Shown: positions 36,224-48,316 of the stretch, one piece after another | Layout of the letters: each line of letters starts with the position of its first letter | Numbering within the stretch: position 1 is the first letter of the stretch | Source: Chiloscyllium plagiosum | Lineage: Eukaryota | Reading direction: 5' to 3' | Assembly: GCF_004010195.1 (NCBI RefSeq) | Contig: NC_057719.1 | Coordinates: forward strand, 47,386,814 to 47,450,813 | DNA length: 64,000 bases | Position numbers and translations under genes: made by a program | The notes under the pieces: model-generated | Told to the model about the DNA's origin: nothing | What the model saw: only the letters and a program-made list of their open reading frames with translations | Database searches by the model: none

Positions 36224-36944
36224 AGGGAGAAAGTGAGAACTGCAGATGCTGGAGATCAGAGTCAAAAGGTGTGGTGCTGGAAAAGCACAGCTGGTCAGGC
36301 AGCATCTGAGGAGCAGGAGAGTCCTAATTTCGAGCATAAGCTTTTTATCAGGAATGTGGGGGTGGCCCAACGGGGCTGAGATAAATGGGGTGGGGGGAGG
36401 GGGTGGAGAAGGTAGTTGGAAATGTGATAGGTAGATGAAGGTGGGGGAGGGGTGTGATGGAGCAGAGGGTGGGAAAGATGATGGACAGGTAGGACAGATC
36501 TAACCCTCCAACTCTGTATTGCCCTCTTGAACTGTCCAGATTCTAGCCACCCGACACCTAGAAGAAGATTGCCTCATCTTCTGTCTTGGCACCTTCCAAC
36601 TCCATGAGATCAACGAGATTTCACCAGTTTCCTCATCTCCCCTCCCTCCACCTTTTTTATCCCAGATCCAACCCTCCAACTCGGCATGGCCCTCTTGAAC
36701 TGTCCTACCTGTCCATCTTTTTTCCCACCTATACGCTCCACCCTCCACTCTGACCTATCACCAATACTCCCTATCTTCATCTATCTGTTGCATTCCCAGT
36801 TACCTTCCCGCCAGCCCCTCCCATTTATCTCTCAAACCCTTTGGGCCTCCTCCACATTTCTGAAGAGCGTCTGTGCGAAACGTTGACTCTACTGCTCCTC
36901 GGATGCTGCCTGACGAGCTGTGCTTTTCCAGCACCGCATGTTTT
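36224..36944 (+). mobile_element. Penelope-like 3' fragment with inverted upstream terminal repeat
   Basis: Left arm 36224-36499 is inverted relative to ~36690-36944; LEEDCLIFCLGTFQLHEIN remnant of the PLE ORF end; degenerate 16-bp TSD 36208-36223 / 36945-36960. Confidence 0.85.
36860..36884 (+). ncRNA. Minimal hammerhead motif
   Basis: CTGAAGA-GCG-TCTG-TGC-GAAAC-GTT; palindromic ACGT stem III. Confidence 0.55.
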
Positions 36945-37339
36945 GCATGTATCGTTTGGGTGACACAAGTGTCAGGTATTGGCCATCTCCAGTAAGTGAG
37001 TCTAGCCTAGCCTCTTGATAACTAATGGTATCTCCATCAATGAAGCCATCAACATCCTGGGTGCTACCATTGAATACAAACCGAACTGAACTATTTATGT
37101 AAGAATTGTAGCTGCAAGAGCAGGTCAGAGGCTCAGGAATTATGCAGCAAGTAACTCCTTTCTCGATTTTCCCCAAAGCCTAACCATTGTCTACATGGTA
37201 AGTCAGAAGTGTGATGTACTCCTAACTTGCCTGGATGTTGATGAAATTGTACATACTCAAGAAGCTTGAAAGCATCAAGGTCAAAGCAGCCCACTTGGTT
37301 TGGCACCACAGCAAACATCTGATGTTGGACATCTTAAAA

Positions 37340-39775
37340 CACATACTTTAAAGTGGATAAATCCTTGGGACCTGGATAAAGTGTACCCTAGAACTTTGTG
37401 AAGCTAGGGTAGTGATTGCCCCTTGCTGAGATATTTGTATCCTCAATAGCCATGGGACAGGTGCTGGAAGATTGGGCGTTGGCTGACATGCCACTATTTA
37501 AGAAAAGAGGCTTTTTAAAAAAAAATGCCAGAGAATATTAGATCGGTGAGCCTGATATCTGTGGTGGGTCAATTGTTAGAGGGGATTCTGAGGGGCAGGA
37601 TTTACATGTCATTGGAAAGGCAAAGACTGATTAGGGGTAGTAAGCCTGGCTTTGTGTGAGAGAAATAGAATCTCACTAACTTGAGTTTGTTTTTTCCAAG
37701 TACCGAAGAGGATTGAAGTCAGTGTAGTGGACATTATCTATGTGGACTTTAGTTTGACAAGATTCCATGTGGTAAACTGGTCAGCAAGGTTACATCACAT
37801 GGAATACAGAGAGAATTAGCCATTTGGATACAAAATTGGCTTGAAGGGAAAAGACTGGGTTGCTTTTCAGACTGGAGACCTGTGACCAGCAGTATTCTTC
37901 AAGAATAAGAGGTACAGTTTAGTAAGTTTGCAGATGACACCAAAATTGGAGGTGTAGTGAACAGCGAAGAGGGTTACCTCAGATTACAACAGGATCTGGA
38001 CCAGATGGGCCAATGGGCTGAGAAATGGCAGATGGAGTTTAATTCAGATAAATGTGAGGTGCTGCATTTTGGAAAAGCAAATCTTAGCAGGACTTATACA
38101 ATTAATGGTCAGGTCCTAGGGAGTGTTGCTGAACAAAGAGACCTTGGAATGCAGCTTCATAGCTCCTTGAAAGTGGAGTCGCAGGTAGATAGTATAGTGA
38201 AGAAGGTGTTTGGTATGCTTTCCTTTATTGGTCAGAGTAATGAGTACAGGAGTTGGGAGGTCATGTTGTGGCTGTACAGGACACTGGTTAGGCCACTGTT
38301 GGCATATTGTGTGCAATTCTGGTCTCCTTCCTATCGGAAAGATGTTGTGAAACTTGAAAGGGTTCAGAAAAGATTTACAAGGATGTTGCCAGGGTTGGAG
38401 GATCTGAGCTACAGGGAGAGGCTGAACAGGCTTGGGGCTGTTTTCCCTGGAGCGTCGGAGGCTGAGGGGTGACCTTGTAGAGTTTACAAAATTGAGGGGC
38501 ATGGATAGGATAAATAGGCCAAGCCTTTTCCCTGGGGTCGGGGAGTCCAGAACTAGAGGGCATAGGTTTAGGGTGAGAGAGGAAAGATATAAAAGAGACC
38601 TAAGGGGCAACTTTTTCACGCAGAGGGTGGTACGTGTATGGGATGAGCTGCCAGAGGATGTCGTGGAGGCTGGTACAATTGCATCATTTAAGAGACATTT
38701 GGATGGGTATATGAATAGGAAGGATTTGGAGGGATATGGGCCGGGTGCTGGCAGGTGGGACTAAATTGGGTTGGGATATCTGGTTGGCATGGACAGGTTG
38801 GACCGAAGGGTCTGTTTCCATGCTGTACATCTCTCTGACTCTATAATTGGTGCTGGGTCCAATGTCTTTTGTCATTTTATATAAATGATTTAGATGTGAG
38901 AATGGTTAGTAAGTTTGCAGATGACACCAAAATTGGAGGTGTAGTGGACAGTGAAGTAGGTTATCTTGTACAACGTCACCCTGATTCGAGGCAAATGGGC
39001 CAAGGAATGGCAGACAGCGTTTAATTCAGATAAATGAGGTACCGCATTTTGCAGATCAGGGCAGTACTTCAACACTTAATGATAAGGTCCTGGGGAATGT
39101 TGTCAAACAAAGAGACCTTGAGGTGCAGGTTCATAGTTCCTTGAAAGTGATAGACAGTCGTGAAGAAGGTGTTTGATATGCTTGCGTTTATTGGTCAGGG
39201 CATTGAATATAAGATTTGGGAGGTCAAGTGATGGCTGTACACGGCATGGGTTAGGCCACTTTTGAAATACTGTATTTAGTCCTGGCCTCCCTGCTATAGG
39301 AAGGATGTTGTGAAACAGAAATTTACAAGGATTTTGCCAGGGTTGGAGAGTTTGAGCTATAGGGAGAAGCTGAATACCCTGGGGTTACTTTCCCTGGAAT
39401 GTCAGAGGCTGAGGAATGACCTGCAAGAGGTTCATAAAATCATGAGGGGCATGGATAATGTGAATAGCCAAAATATATTTTCCTCTGGGTAGGGGAGTCC
39501 AGAACTAAAAGGCATAGATTTAAGGTGAGATGGGAAAGGTTTAAGAGGGACCTTTTTTCATGCAGACGGGTGTGTGTGTAATGAGCTGCCAGAGGAAGCG
39601 GTGGAAACTGGTATAATTGCAACATTTTAAAACTCATCTGGATGAGTATATGAATAGGAAGGGTTTGGAGGGATATGGGTCAAATGCTGGCAAATTGCAC
39701 TAAGTTTAATGTAGAATATCCGGTTGGCATGGATGAGTTGGATGGGAGGGTCTGTTTCTGTGCTGCACATCTGAC
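37340..39775 (+). mobile_element. Older CR1 LINE (37340-37906 + 38845-39775) split by a younger CR1
   Basis: PQG|SVLGP region split: ...CTTCAAGAAT then TGGTGCTGGGTCC at 38848. Confidence 0.85.
37907..38844 (+). mobile_element. Young CR1 (HER1-like) 3' fragment
   Basis: KFADDTK, ORFs 37957-38472 and 38432-38764, CTCTCTGACTCTAT tail. Confidence 0.95.
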
Positions 39776-39894
39776 ATTGTGGACCTGTTCACTCCCCCCT
39801 CCTCAGATGTTCAGTAGCAGACACATACCATCTACACAATGCATCTCACAAATTCATTAAGTCTCCTTAGTACCATCAAAGCCTATAACCAGTA

Positions 39895-42800
39895 CATAGA
39901 AACTTTAGAAAATTGGAGCAGGATCAGCAATTTTTTTTTTTCTTTTTTTCTTTTGCCCTTTTTGTACCATTCAATATGATCATAGCTGATCATCCAACTC
40001 AATACCCTGTTCTTGCTTTCTCCCATACCCTGTGATCCCTGAATCTTTAAGAACCATATCTCATCTTCCTTGTAAGTATTTGATGTTTGGCCCGAACCAC
40101 AACTTGTAGATGAGAATTCTGCAGGCTTACAACTGAGAAGAGATTTCTCCTCTTCTCAGTCCTAAATGGTCTACCCCATGTTCTTAGACTGTGACTTTAG
40201 CTCTGGACTCCATTGTCATTGGGAGCACGGTTCCTGTGTTTATCCTTCCAGTCCTGTTAAAATTTTATTGGTTAGAACAATAGCCGCTATTGTTCTAACC
40301 AATCCAATATCTTTCATACATCAGTCCTGCCATCCCAGGAATCATTCTGGTAAATCTTCCTTGCAATCCCAACATTGCTAGAGCACTCATCCTCAAATAA
40401 GGAAACAAATCCGGTGTGGTGTCAGAGGCCCTGTACCATTGCATTTCTGCTGTTGTGCTCAAATCTTCTCACTTGAAGACCACTGTGCTATTTGCTGTCT
40501 TTGCCTTCTGCACTTGTATGTTCACTTTCAGTGAATGGTAAATGAAGACTCAAGTCTCATTGCACCTCCTTTTCCCAATCTAGCACCATTCATATGATAT
40601 GCCTTCTGGTTTTTTTTCCTACCAGCATGGATAACTTGTCATTTATCCATGTTATTTCGTTTGTCATGCATTGCCCCACTCACTAAACTTGTCCCAATCA
40701 CACCTAAAGCAACTAACTGTACATCACAGTCACCCTCAACCCAGTTTTGTCATTTGCAAACTTGAGATATTATATTTAGAGCCCTCATGTAAATCATTAC
40801 ATATACACTGTGAATAGCAGGAGTGTTAGCAGTTATCCATGCAGTAACCCACTAGTCACTGCCTACCACGCTGAAAAATACCCATTTATCCCTTCTTTGT
40901 TTCCTATCTATTCCGGTTTGGTGGTAGTGCACTGACATAAGTGCATGTAGTTCTCCTATACACACGTCTTCTAAATGCGGTTTGGCTGTAATGCAATTTG
41001 TGAATTGCGGTTTTTGTTTAAAGTGAGTTCCTATTTGCAGTTATGCGATTTCCATTCCCTGTATTACCAGCCGGCTGTGATTTATTCTGCTGATGCCTCT
41101 ATTGCAGCAGGTTGTCATCTGTGTGTGTGTGTATTTTGCTTTTGCTTCTATCTCCAACAAAGGTAGGGGAAGTGAACATTAGAATATTTTGCTGGAATGC
41201 TTACTGGGGTCAGTAGTTATGGGGGGGGGCGGGTGTGTGTGGAGGCTGTGGAGTGGCAAGAGAGATGGGGAGCGAAAGAAGGTGCAAATACAGCGATGTC
41301 TGGCAAATGTTCGAGTGTAAGCAGGGTCTCCGTTGCCGGTTGCCTGAAGCTTCAACAGACTACGACTTTGTGTGTGGAAGGGAGGTGGAGGTATGAAACG
41401 TAAGGACGGCTGGCGATCCTCACCTTTCCCTACCCCAACCAACATTATGCCAGATCCAAGTTCATCCAGTCTCTATTTGGGGATTGGGGGGGGGGGAGAG
41501 AAGGAGGAGGATGAGAGTCTCGGCCCATCATATTCTCTGAAACCCATCAAAACCGCCAGCTGTTCAGAGCATCCTAGCCCTTTAGCCACTCTCTCAAAAA
41601 GAGAAAAAGTGAAACTTAGAGAAATTTCACAAAGTTTTAATGGCAGTGAGCCAGGTTCTGGATAAACCCCACTCGACAAGGAGCTGGAAATATAACAGTA
41701 CATTGGGAAGTTCCACTTGTAACAGCTTTTGGCATTTCTGTAGTTGATCAGAAATGGACAGGCTGACTAAAGTGGAGGCCAAACCTATTTTTATCAAAGG
41801 CCCCATTACATCTATTGCACAGCTTCTATAATACAACGTCGAATGGGAATGCAACTACCGCATTATAGGAGAGCTACCTGTACTTTAATTTTACATGCTA
41901 ATCTCTTATCTAGGACCTTATCAAAAGTCTTCTGTCATCCACTGGCTACCCCTTATCAACACTCATTTGTCAAACATCATTTCCCTTTAAATCTATGCTG
42001 ACTCTGTCTAATCCAGTCACTGTTATGGTCTACTATGAAATCTTTTATAATGGGTTCTGGTGTTTTTCCCCCAATTAGTTTAAAAAAAATTGTAGGGTTA
42101 CATTAGCATCCCTCCAATCCATGCAAACTGTTCCAGAGTATACAGAATTTTGTAAGATGACCACCAATGCACTTAAACTTTCTTGGATCACTTTACATTC
42201 TCTGGGATGTCGATTTAAAAGCTGACAAATCTCCTTAATCCAATCACTTTCCCCAACACCATTTCCTTACTATTACTAATTTTCTTTCAGTTCCTTCCTT
42301 TTTCATGTGCTTCTCAACATTTTTTGAGACATTATCTACACTGTCCTTTTTGTGAAGAGAACTTGAGTATGTATTTAATTGGTTTGTCAACTTTTTGTTC
42401 CCCATTATAGCTTGCCATGTTTCTGACTGTAATGGATCGATCTCCCGATCTCTCCTCCTCCCCTCTCCCCCCCCCCCCCCACATAACCTCTTTCTCTAAA
42501 CTGATCCCAATTGTTAGACTTGCTGCTTTTTTGGTCAATTTATGTGCTTCCTCCTTTCATCTAATACTATCCGTAGTTTACCTTGTCAGTTCCAATGTTT
42601 GCCATTGCCTATCCACTGTCATCCCTTAAGCAATGTTCCCAAATTTATCATAACCAGCTTGTGCCTTATACAATTATGGATCTTTTATTTAGATTTAGGA
42701 CCCTAGTCTTAGAATCAATGGCATCACTCTCCATCTGAATGAAGAATTTAATTTTATAGCAACTCTTCCCTCAAGGAGTCTCTCAAAGCTAGATTACCAA

Positions 42801-43330
42801 ATATTTCTCTCTGTCTAGGATGGCTGGTTCTGTGGTTGGTTTGTCAATGTATTGATCCAGAAGATCATGTACATCTTCAATGATTTTTTTTCCCTCTAAT
42901 ATTGTTAGTAATTTTGATTTGCTGATTCTCAGTAGATTCAAGTCACCCATCAATACAGCTGTACCTTTTTTGCATCTCTAATTTTATCTTTAATGCCTTC
43001 TCCAGCTTTAGTTGGAGGCATATATATATAACAGCCATTATCGTTTATTGCCCCTTGGTGTTCCTAAGGTCTACCTGTATGGATTTCACTTCGAGAGCTA
43101 ATATCTTTCCACTCAATTGCATAATTACCTCTTCAATGCTACCCCACCTACCTTTTTTTGTTTTTGGTCTGTCCCTCCTAAAAACTGAATACCCCGGCTA
43201 TGGAGTTCTCATCCCTGGTCACCCTGCAGCCATGACTCAGACTTATCTTTTTAACCTTCTTTATCCTGTTCACATTGTTATGCACCATGATCCTGTTTGA
43301 TTATATTCCTTTAATTTCTTGCCTATCACT
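39895..43330 (-). mobile_element. Old CR1-clade LINE, interrupted by a DNA transposon
   Basis: Minus-strand CR1-like 3' UTR at ~39895-40100; SKFAND at ~40748-40765; QKTFDKV near 41912-41935. Confidence 0.6.
40944..41880. mobile_element. Non-autonomous Tc1/mariner-pogo (Tigger-like) DNA transposon
   Basis: Terminal inverted repeats CATGTAGTTCTCCTATA / TATAGGAGAGCTACCTG; TA at 41881-41882 and TG (decayed TA) at 40942-40943; no transposase. Confidence 0.65.
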
Positions 43331-44046
43331 TATTTTCCACCTGTCTTTTTTTTTTTGTTTTTCTTTGTTTCCCTTCCTTATGCTTCCTGCTGTTTTAGTT
43401 TAAACTGTTTAATTTAATCTACTTCGCAGTGTTTTGTTCAAGGTTATTTGATCCTTTGAAAGAATAGACAGCAACAGGTAGAAGGTAACTCAATTTAAAA
43501 TAAACAAACTATCATTGCAGTAGATGCAGAATCAGTTTGTGTGGATAAATAATAAAAAGGGAAAGAATTTACTGGTGAGTCACTTACAGGTCCTCTAACA
43601 GCTGCACTGCAGGACTGACTATCAAAAATGGTTGTAAGAAAGGCACTTACAGTAATCACTGGCAATTTTAATGTGATATTTCAGAAAAATCACATTGGAA
43701 AATGTAGTCTTGAGGCTAGTTTCTAAAACAAAATGTTCTGAAACCAAACTATATTAGACATGGTACTGTATGGTGAGAGGAATTTATTGATCATCTAGGA
43801 AGGATTCTTCAATCAAGAGTGATCATATTCAGTTTGAAAGTGCAAAACCCAAGTTTGAGATCAGTCCCTTAAATCTGTGGTTATGAATGGACTGGGAAAG
43901 TAAAATAAAAACAGTAACGGGACAAAGAAGCAATTGCTGATTATTTTAAAGAAATTTTGAAGCTCTTATGATAGTTACTTTCTTTCTCAATGAAATACAT
44001 GAGAAAGTTGCATCATCCTTGGCTGACCAAAGAAATTAGGAAACAT

Positions 44047-44175
44047 CATAGAGTCAGAGATGTACAGCATAGAAACAGATCCTTCAGTCCAACCCGTCCA
44101 TGCCAATCAGACATCCCAACACATTCTAGTCCCACCTGACAGCACCCGGTCCATATCCCTCCAAACCCTTCCTAT
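44047..44175 (-). mobile_element. CR1 3' tail fragment
   Basis: Reverse complement of the 3' UTR of 37907-38844. Confidence 0.9.
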
Positions 44176-44394
44176 CACGTTGAAAGGTTTATACTGATGC
44201 AAAGGTGAGTGGTAGGCCAGAGGATTGACAATGTGAACAATGAAAAATGCGAACAGCAAATAAATGAGTAAAGTAGCAAGAAATCTTAAATGCTGACGAC
44301 ATGAGGTTCTACAATTATACGAAAAGGAACAGAATAGTTCAAGTAAAATTTTTTTTCCTTTTAGAAGATAGGAAGTCCATACTGGGAGCAAGTC

Positions 44395-44646
44395 GCATGG
44401 TGGTAATGTGACGGGACTGGTAATCCAGAAGTAAGTCCAATGTTCTAGGGGCAAGTGTTCAAATCTTACCCCAACTGATGGTGAAATTTAATTTCAATAA
44501 AAATTTGGAATTTTAAAATGGTAACCATCTAACCACTTAATTATCATTTAAACCCCCACCCCAGACACTATTCTGGTTCATTAATGTCTATTAGAGAAGC
44601 AAATTTGACATAAATGCTGGCCAGCAATGTCTACACTGAATGAACA
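44395..44646 (+). mobile_element. Old tRNA-headed SINE resembling LF-SINE type
   Basis: GGTGGTAATGT...GTTCAAATC head, CTGGTTCATTAATGTC core, ATAAATGCTGGCCAGC tail. Confidence 0.5.
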
Positions 44647-46364
44647 CTTTTTTTTTTTAAATGCCATTTACAATCTTTAACAATTTGGGTGAAGGTATGC
44701 TGCCACATTTATTCCCTACCAATTGTAAGTGGGGAAGCAAGTTCTAAGGAGAACATGAGTTTGCAAGGAATACAGATATTGAGTGAGTGGACAGAGTAAT
44801 GCAGGAAAGCATGATGGTTTTCATGTTTTTGATGCAAAAATAGAACAGAATATTAATACAATTTCAGTATGCTGTGATATAGGGATCTGACTGCCCTCAA
44901 ATGAATCTCAATGTTAGCAATGTAGGTATAGTAAGTAATTTGGAAGGCAAATGTAATGTTGGCCTTTATTGCAAGGGAGTAGGATATAAAAGTACAGAAG
45001 TCTTCATTGGCCTTTGTGAGGCACCCCTGAATACTACATATAATTTTAGCCACCTTAATTAAGAAAGGGCATACTTGCATTGGAGGCAGTTCAGTAATTA
45101 ATAAATTCAGTAATTATAAAATGTAGGTAACTTTCTACATAAAACCTTGCAATTACCCAAAAGAAAGTTTACCAATTACAGTAAAACCTTTTAGGTTAGC
45201 TGGTGAATAATTCCTATGTTTCTTAACAAAGGTTATTTGTTGGGCTTTCATTGGAAAATATAACATCGACATTCAGGCGACCTTTATTGCGATTTTACCC
45301 ATCAGTTACAGCCTGGCAGAAAGGCACATAAAAAGCTTCAGAATGTCTTAACTTAGATAATTTAAGCTTAGAATGCATGTGCGTTATCTCCACCCCACCA
45401 CCGCTACCTGATTCACTATTGGTCAATGGAGCCAACTTGTCCCTCTGTAATGGGCTCTCCAGTACAGGATCTTATACAATTTTAAGGTTGCTTCAGCAAA
45501 ACAACAGAGATGGACAGGCTTGTGATCCACCACTGGTCCTTCATGTTCTCTAGACTCTTATCTCCCTTGAGGCTTTTCACAATGGATACTGTATTCAAAT
45601 TAAATTTGCCAGCTGCATAGTGTTAACTGCCAATTAATTTGATCCATGCCTATTATTTCAGGACTTTTAAAATTCGTTGTTACAGGGAATATAAAAGAAT
45701 ATTGGTTTTTTTGTTTTTTAAAAATTAGTTCCAACAGTTACGTGGTTACATCTGATGTTAGGACTCTTCAGCTGCCAAGTTGTCTTAATGTGTTCATTCA
45801 ATCCACCTTCCCATATCTTGGTCTCTATTCATTCTTCTCTGTAATGATAAAAGGGTTGCTTTTACTCTCGGAAACTGGTTTGAATCTTTAACCTTAATGC
45901 TTTTCTATAATTAATTCATATCTATAATTATTGATTAAACAACTAATTAGTGTTAATGATCTTAACTGTCTTAAGCATCAGCTGCAACCTTGGTCTGCTA
46001 TTGTTATCAAATGTGAAATGTTATTATCTGTCTTTACAGAGCTGCTATTGTTCTACTTGTGAAAACTATATTAAAACAGAAATGTTAAATGTTATTAACT
46101 GTCTTATGCACATTCATCAACCTTGAAATCTTACTGTCAGTCCTGTTCTGCTGAATTAGCCTTGGGCAGCCGTTAGCCATTTTGTGCTGCTCTGTCAGGG
46201 GCATCCCCTATCAATATTCAATTAGGAAAGTTGTTCACTTATTGAAATAGCAAGAATATAAGCAGGATGAGACATCAAATTTAAATTTGATTAGTGAAAT
46301 TATGAATTAATAATTTAATTATTTAAATGCCATAAAAGTAGTGTGGCACCATAATGTGTTACAA

Positions 46365-46648
46365 CTGGCTGTGACCAGTGGTGTGGCACAAGGATCGGTG
46401 CAGGGTCCGCTTGTTTTTCAACACTTGTATAAATGATTTGGCTGTGAACATAGGAATCATTAGTAAGTTAGCAAAAGTGAAAATTGGAGGTGTAGTGGAC
46501 AGCAAAGAAGGGTACCTCAGTACAGGAATCTTGATCAGATGGGTCAATGGGCTGACTGGTGGCAAATGGAGTTTAGTTTAGATAAGGTGAGGTGCTGCAT
46601 TTTGGAAAGGCAAATCAGAGCAGGAGTTATACACTTTAATGGTAAGGT
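46365..46648 (+). mobile_element. CR1 RT fragment
   Basis: VTSGVAQGSVQGPL...INDL...SKLAKVKIGG. Confidence 0.85.
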
Positions 46649-46916
46649 TTGATTAGATTAGATTACTTAGTGTGGAAACAGGCCCTTCTGTTAACTAAGA
46701 CTGCCATGAATACAATAGTGAGAAATGACATTAATTCAAAAGAACAAGATGTAGAATAATTAGGTTGTATTAAAATTCTAGCTGCTGTTAGTCCTGGATA
46801 AATCAGATCTGAATGCAACTTGACTTAATAGTTTTATTTAATTCTGAAGGTACAAGAGGTTGCTGTTCTTTATAACACAGAATAAAACATCTTTTAAGCA
46901 AGAAATACATAAGTTA

Positions 46917-47043
46917 TTAGATTAGATTACATTACAGTGTGGAAACAGGCCCTTCGGCCCAACAAGTCCACACCGACCCGCCGAAGCGAAACCCACCCAT
47001 ACCCCTACATTTACCCCTTACTTAACACTACGGGCAATTTAGT
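46917..47043 (-). mobile_element. HE1-like SINE 3' fragment
   Basis: TTAGATTAGATT tail + CAGTGTGGAAACAGGCCCTTCGGCCC; a shorter piece lies at 46651-46689. Confidence 0.8.
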
Positions 47044-47135
47044 ACCAGTAGTATTCTTCCAACCATTCAAACTTCCATGAAGCTTTGTCACTATTTTCAC
47101 ATGAAGGCTACTTGCCCAGTCTCAAGTTGGTACAG

Positions 47136-47503
47136 ATACCATTGGTTTCCTTTTGATGAATTTCTGTACAGTCACTAAATGCTATTTTCCCATCATTTGG
47201 TGGCTCTCCCCACAACACTTAAAACAATTGTAATGAAATTCATTCAGACTTTAACTTTGGAGTGACTACGTAAGTTTATTGCACTGTGACCAGTACTCCC
47301 TTGCTCTGTGGCATACACAAAACTGTCTGGTTCACCTTTTTGGAGCATTCTGCTTTTGTCACTACTTATGTAGTCACTCCAAAGTTAAAGTCTGAATGAA
47401 TTTCATTACAATTGTTTTAAGTGTTGTGGGGAGAGCCACCAAATGATGGGAAAATAGCATTTAGTGACTGTACAGAAATTTATCAAAAGGAAACCAATGG
47501 TAT
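47136..47503. repeat. 140-bp near-perfect inverted repeat with 88-bp spacer
   Basis: Arms 47136-47275 and 47364-47503, 2 mismatches. Confidence 0.95.
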
Positions 47504-48316
47504 GTCATTGGGCAACTGTCACTATGCAAAAATAGCTTCTTTTGGTCTCTATAATTTTAATTTTACATACGTTGAACAGTTCAACTCAAAGGTTGAAACC
47601 TCTGTGCTTTTTAAAAAAAAAGAAAAACAAAACAGCCCATCAGATCACTGAAAAATGAAACTAAATAATGTCTTACTCTTAAACAATCAAAATCTAAAAC
47701 ATGTTCAACTTGTATTCAAGTTGATGTATTCTTAATACCTCTTGGCAGGAAAAAAGTAAAAATATGCTTGAGACATTTTTCAATTACATTCTGTTATTTT
47801 TATTTTACTTATTCTAATATTACCAATGTACTCTTCATCAAACACAGACTTTTTTTAAATAAAAATTGCAACCTACAAAGTCTACAAAAACCTATTTTTA
47901 TCACATTAGATTTTGTCCATATTTTCTCCTGGTAAAGCATCAGAGCTTATTATTTGTCTTTTCTTGCTATGCAGTTTGTATCATTTTAGCATTAAACTCC
48001 AATGGACAAATCTTAGATTTTACGGTATGGAAGTTTTCTTGATAGTTAATGGATTTTCATCTGTCAATAACAGTCACTGTAGAGTAATTAGCTACTTGGC
48101 TTTCAAAATATTCTAAAACCACCCCCAAACTCAGTCTTTTTTTTTCTACAGTTGAGTATTTCTGCTGGCACATATTCAACTTTGAGAAAAGTAACTGACT
48201 AGCCATTTGATAATTTTGTCCCATCATAACACAGCACCAACATCAATGTTACTGTCATCAACAGCCAGTTTAGGTGACTTTGCTTAACTTATAAATAAGG
48301 CTTTTTTTTTTTTTTT

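Larger units (their letters stand above)
35700..37320 (+). mobile_element. Old CR1/L2-clade LINE RT fragment, interrupted by PLE
   Basis: PQGSI...INDVP...MFADY remnants at ~36030-36110; resumes after 36960. Confidence 0.65.

Noticed and set aside
41197..41703. ORFs of 68-97 aa inside the TIR element as host exons or transposase
   Set aside because: Low-complexity, no DDE or SAMD4 motifs
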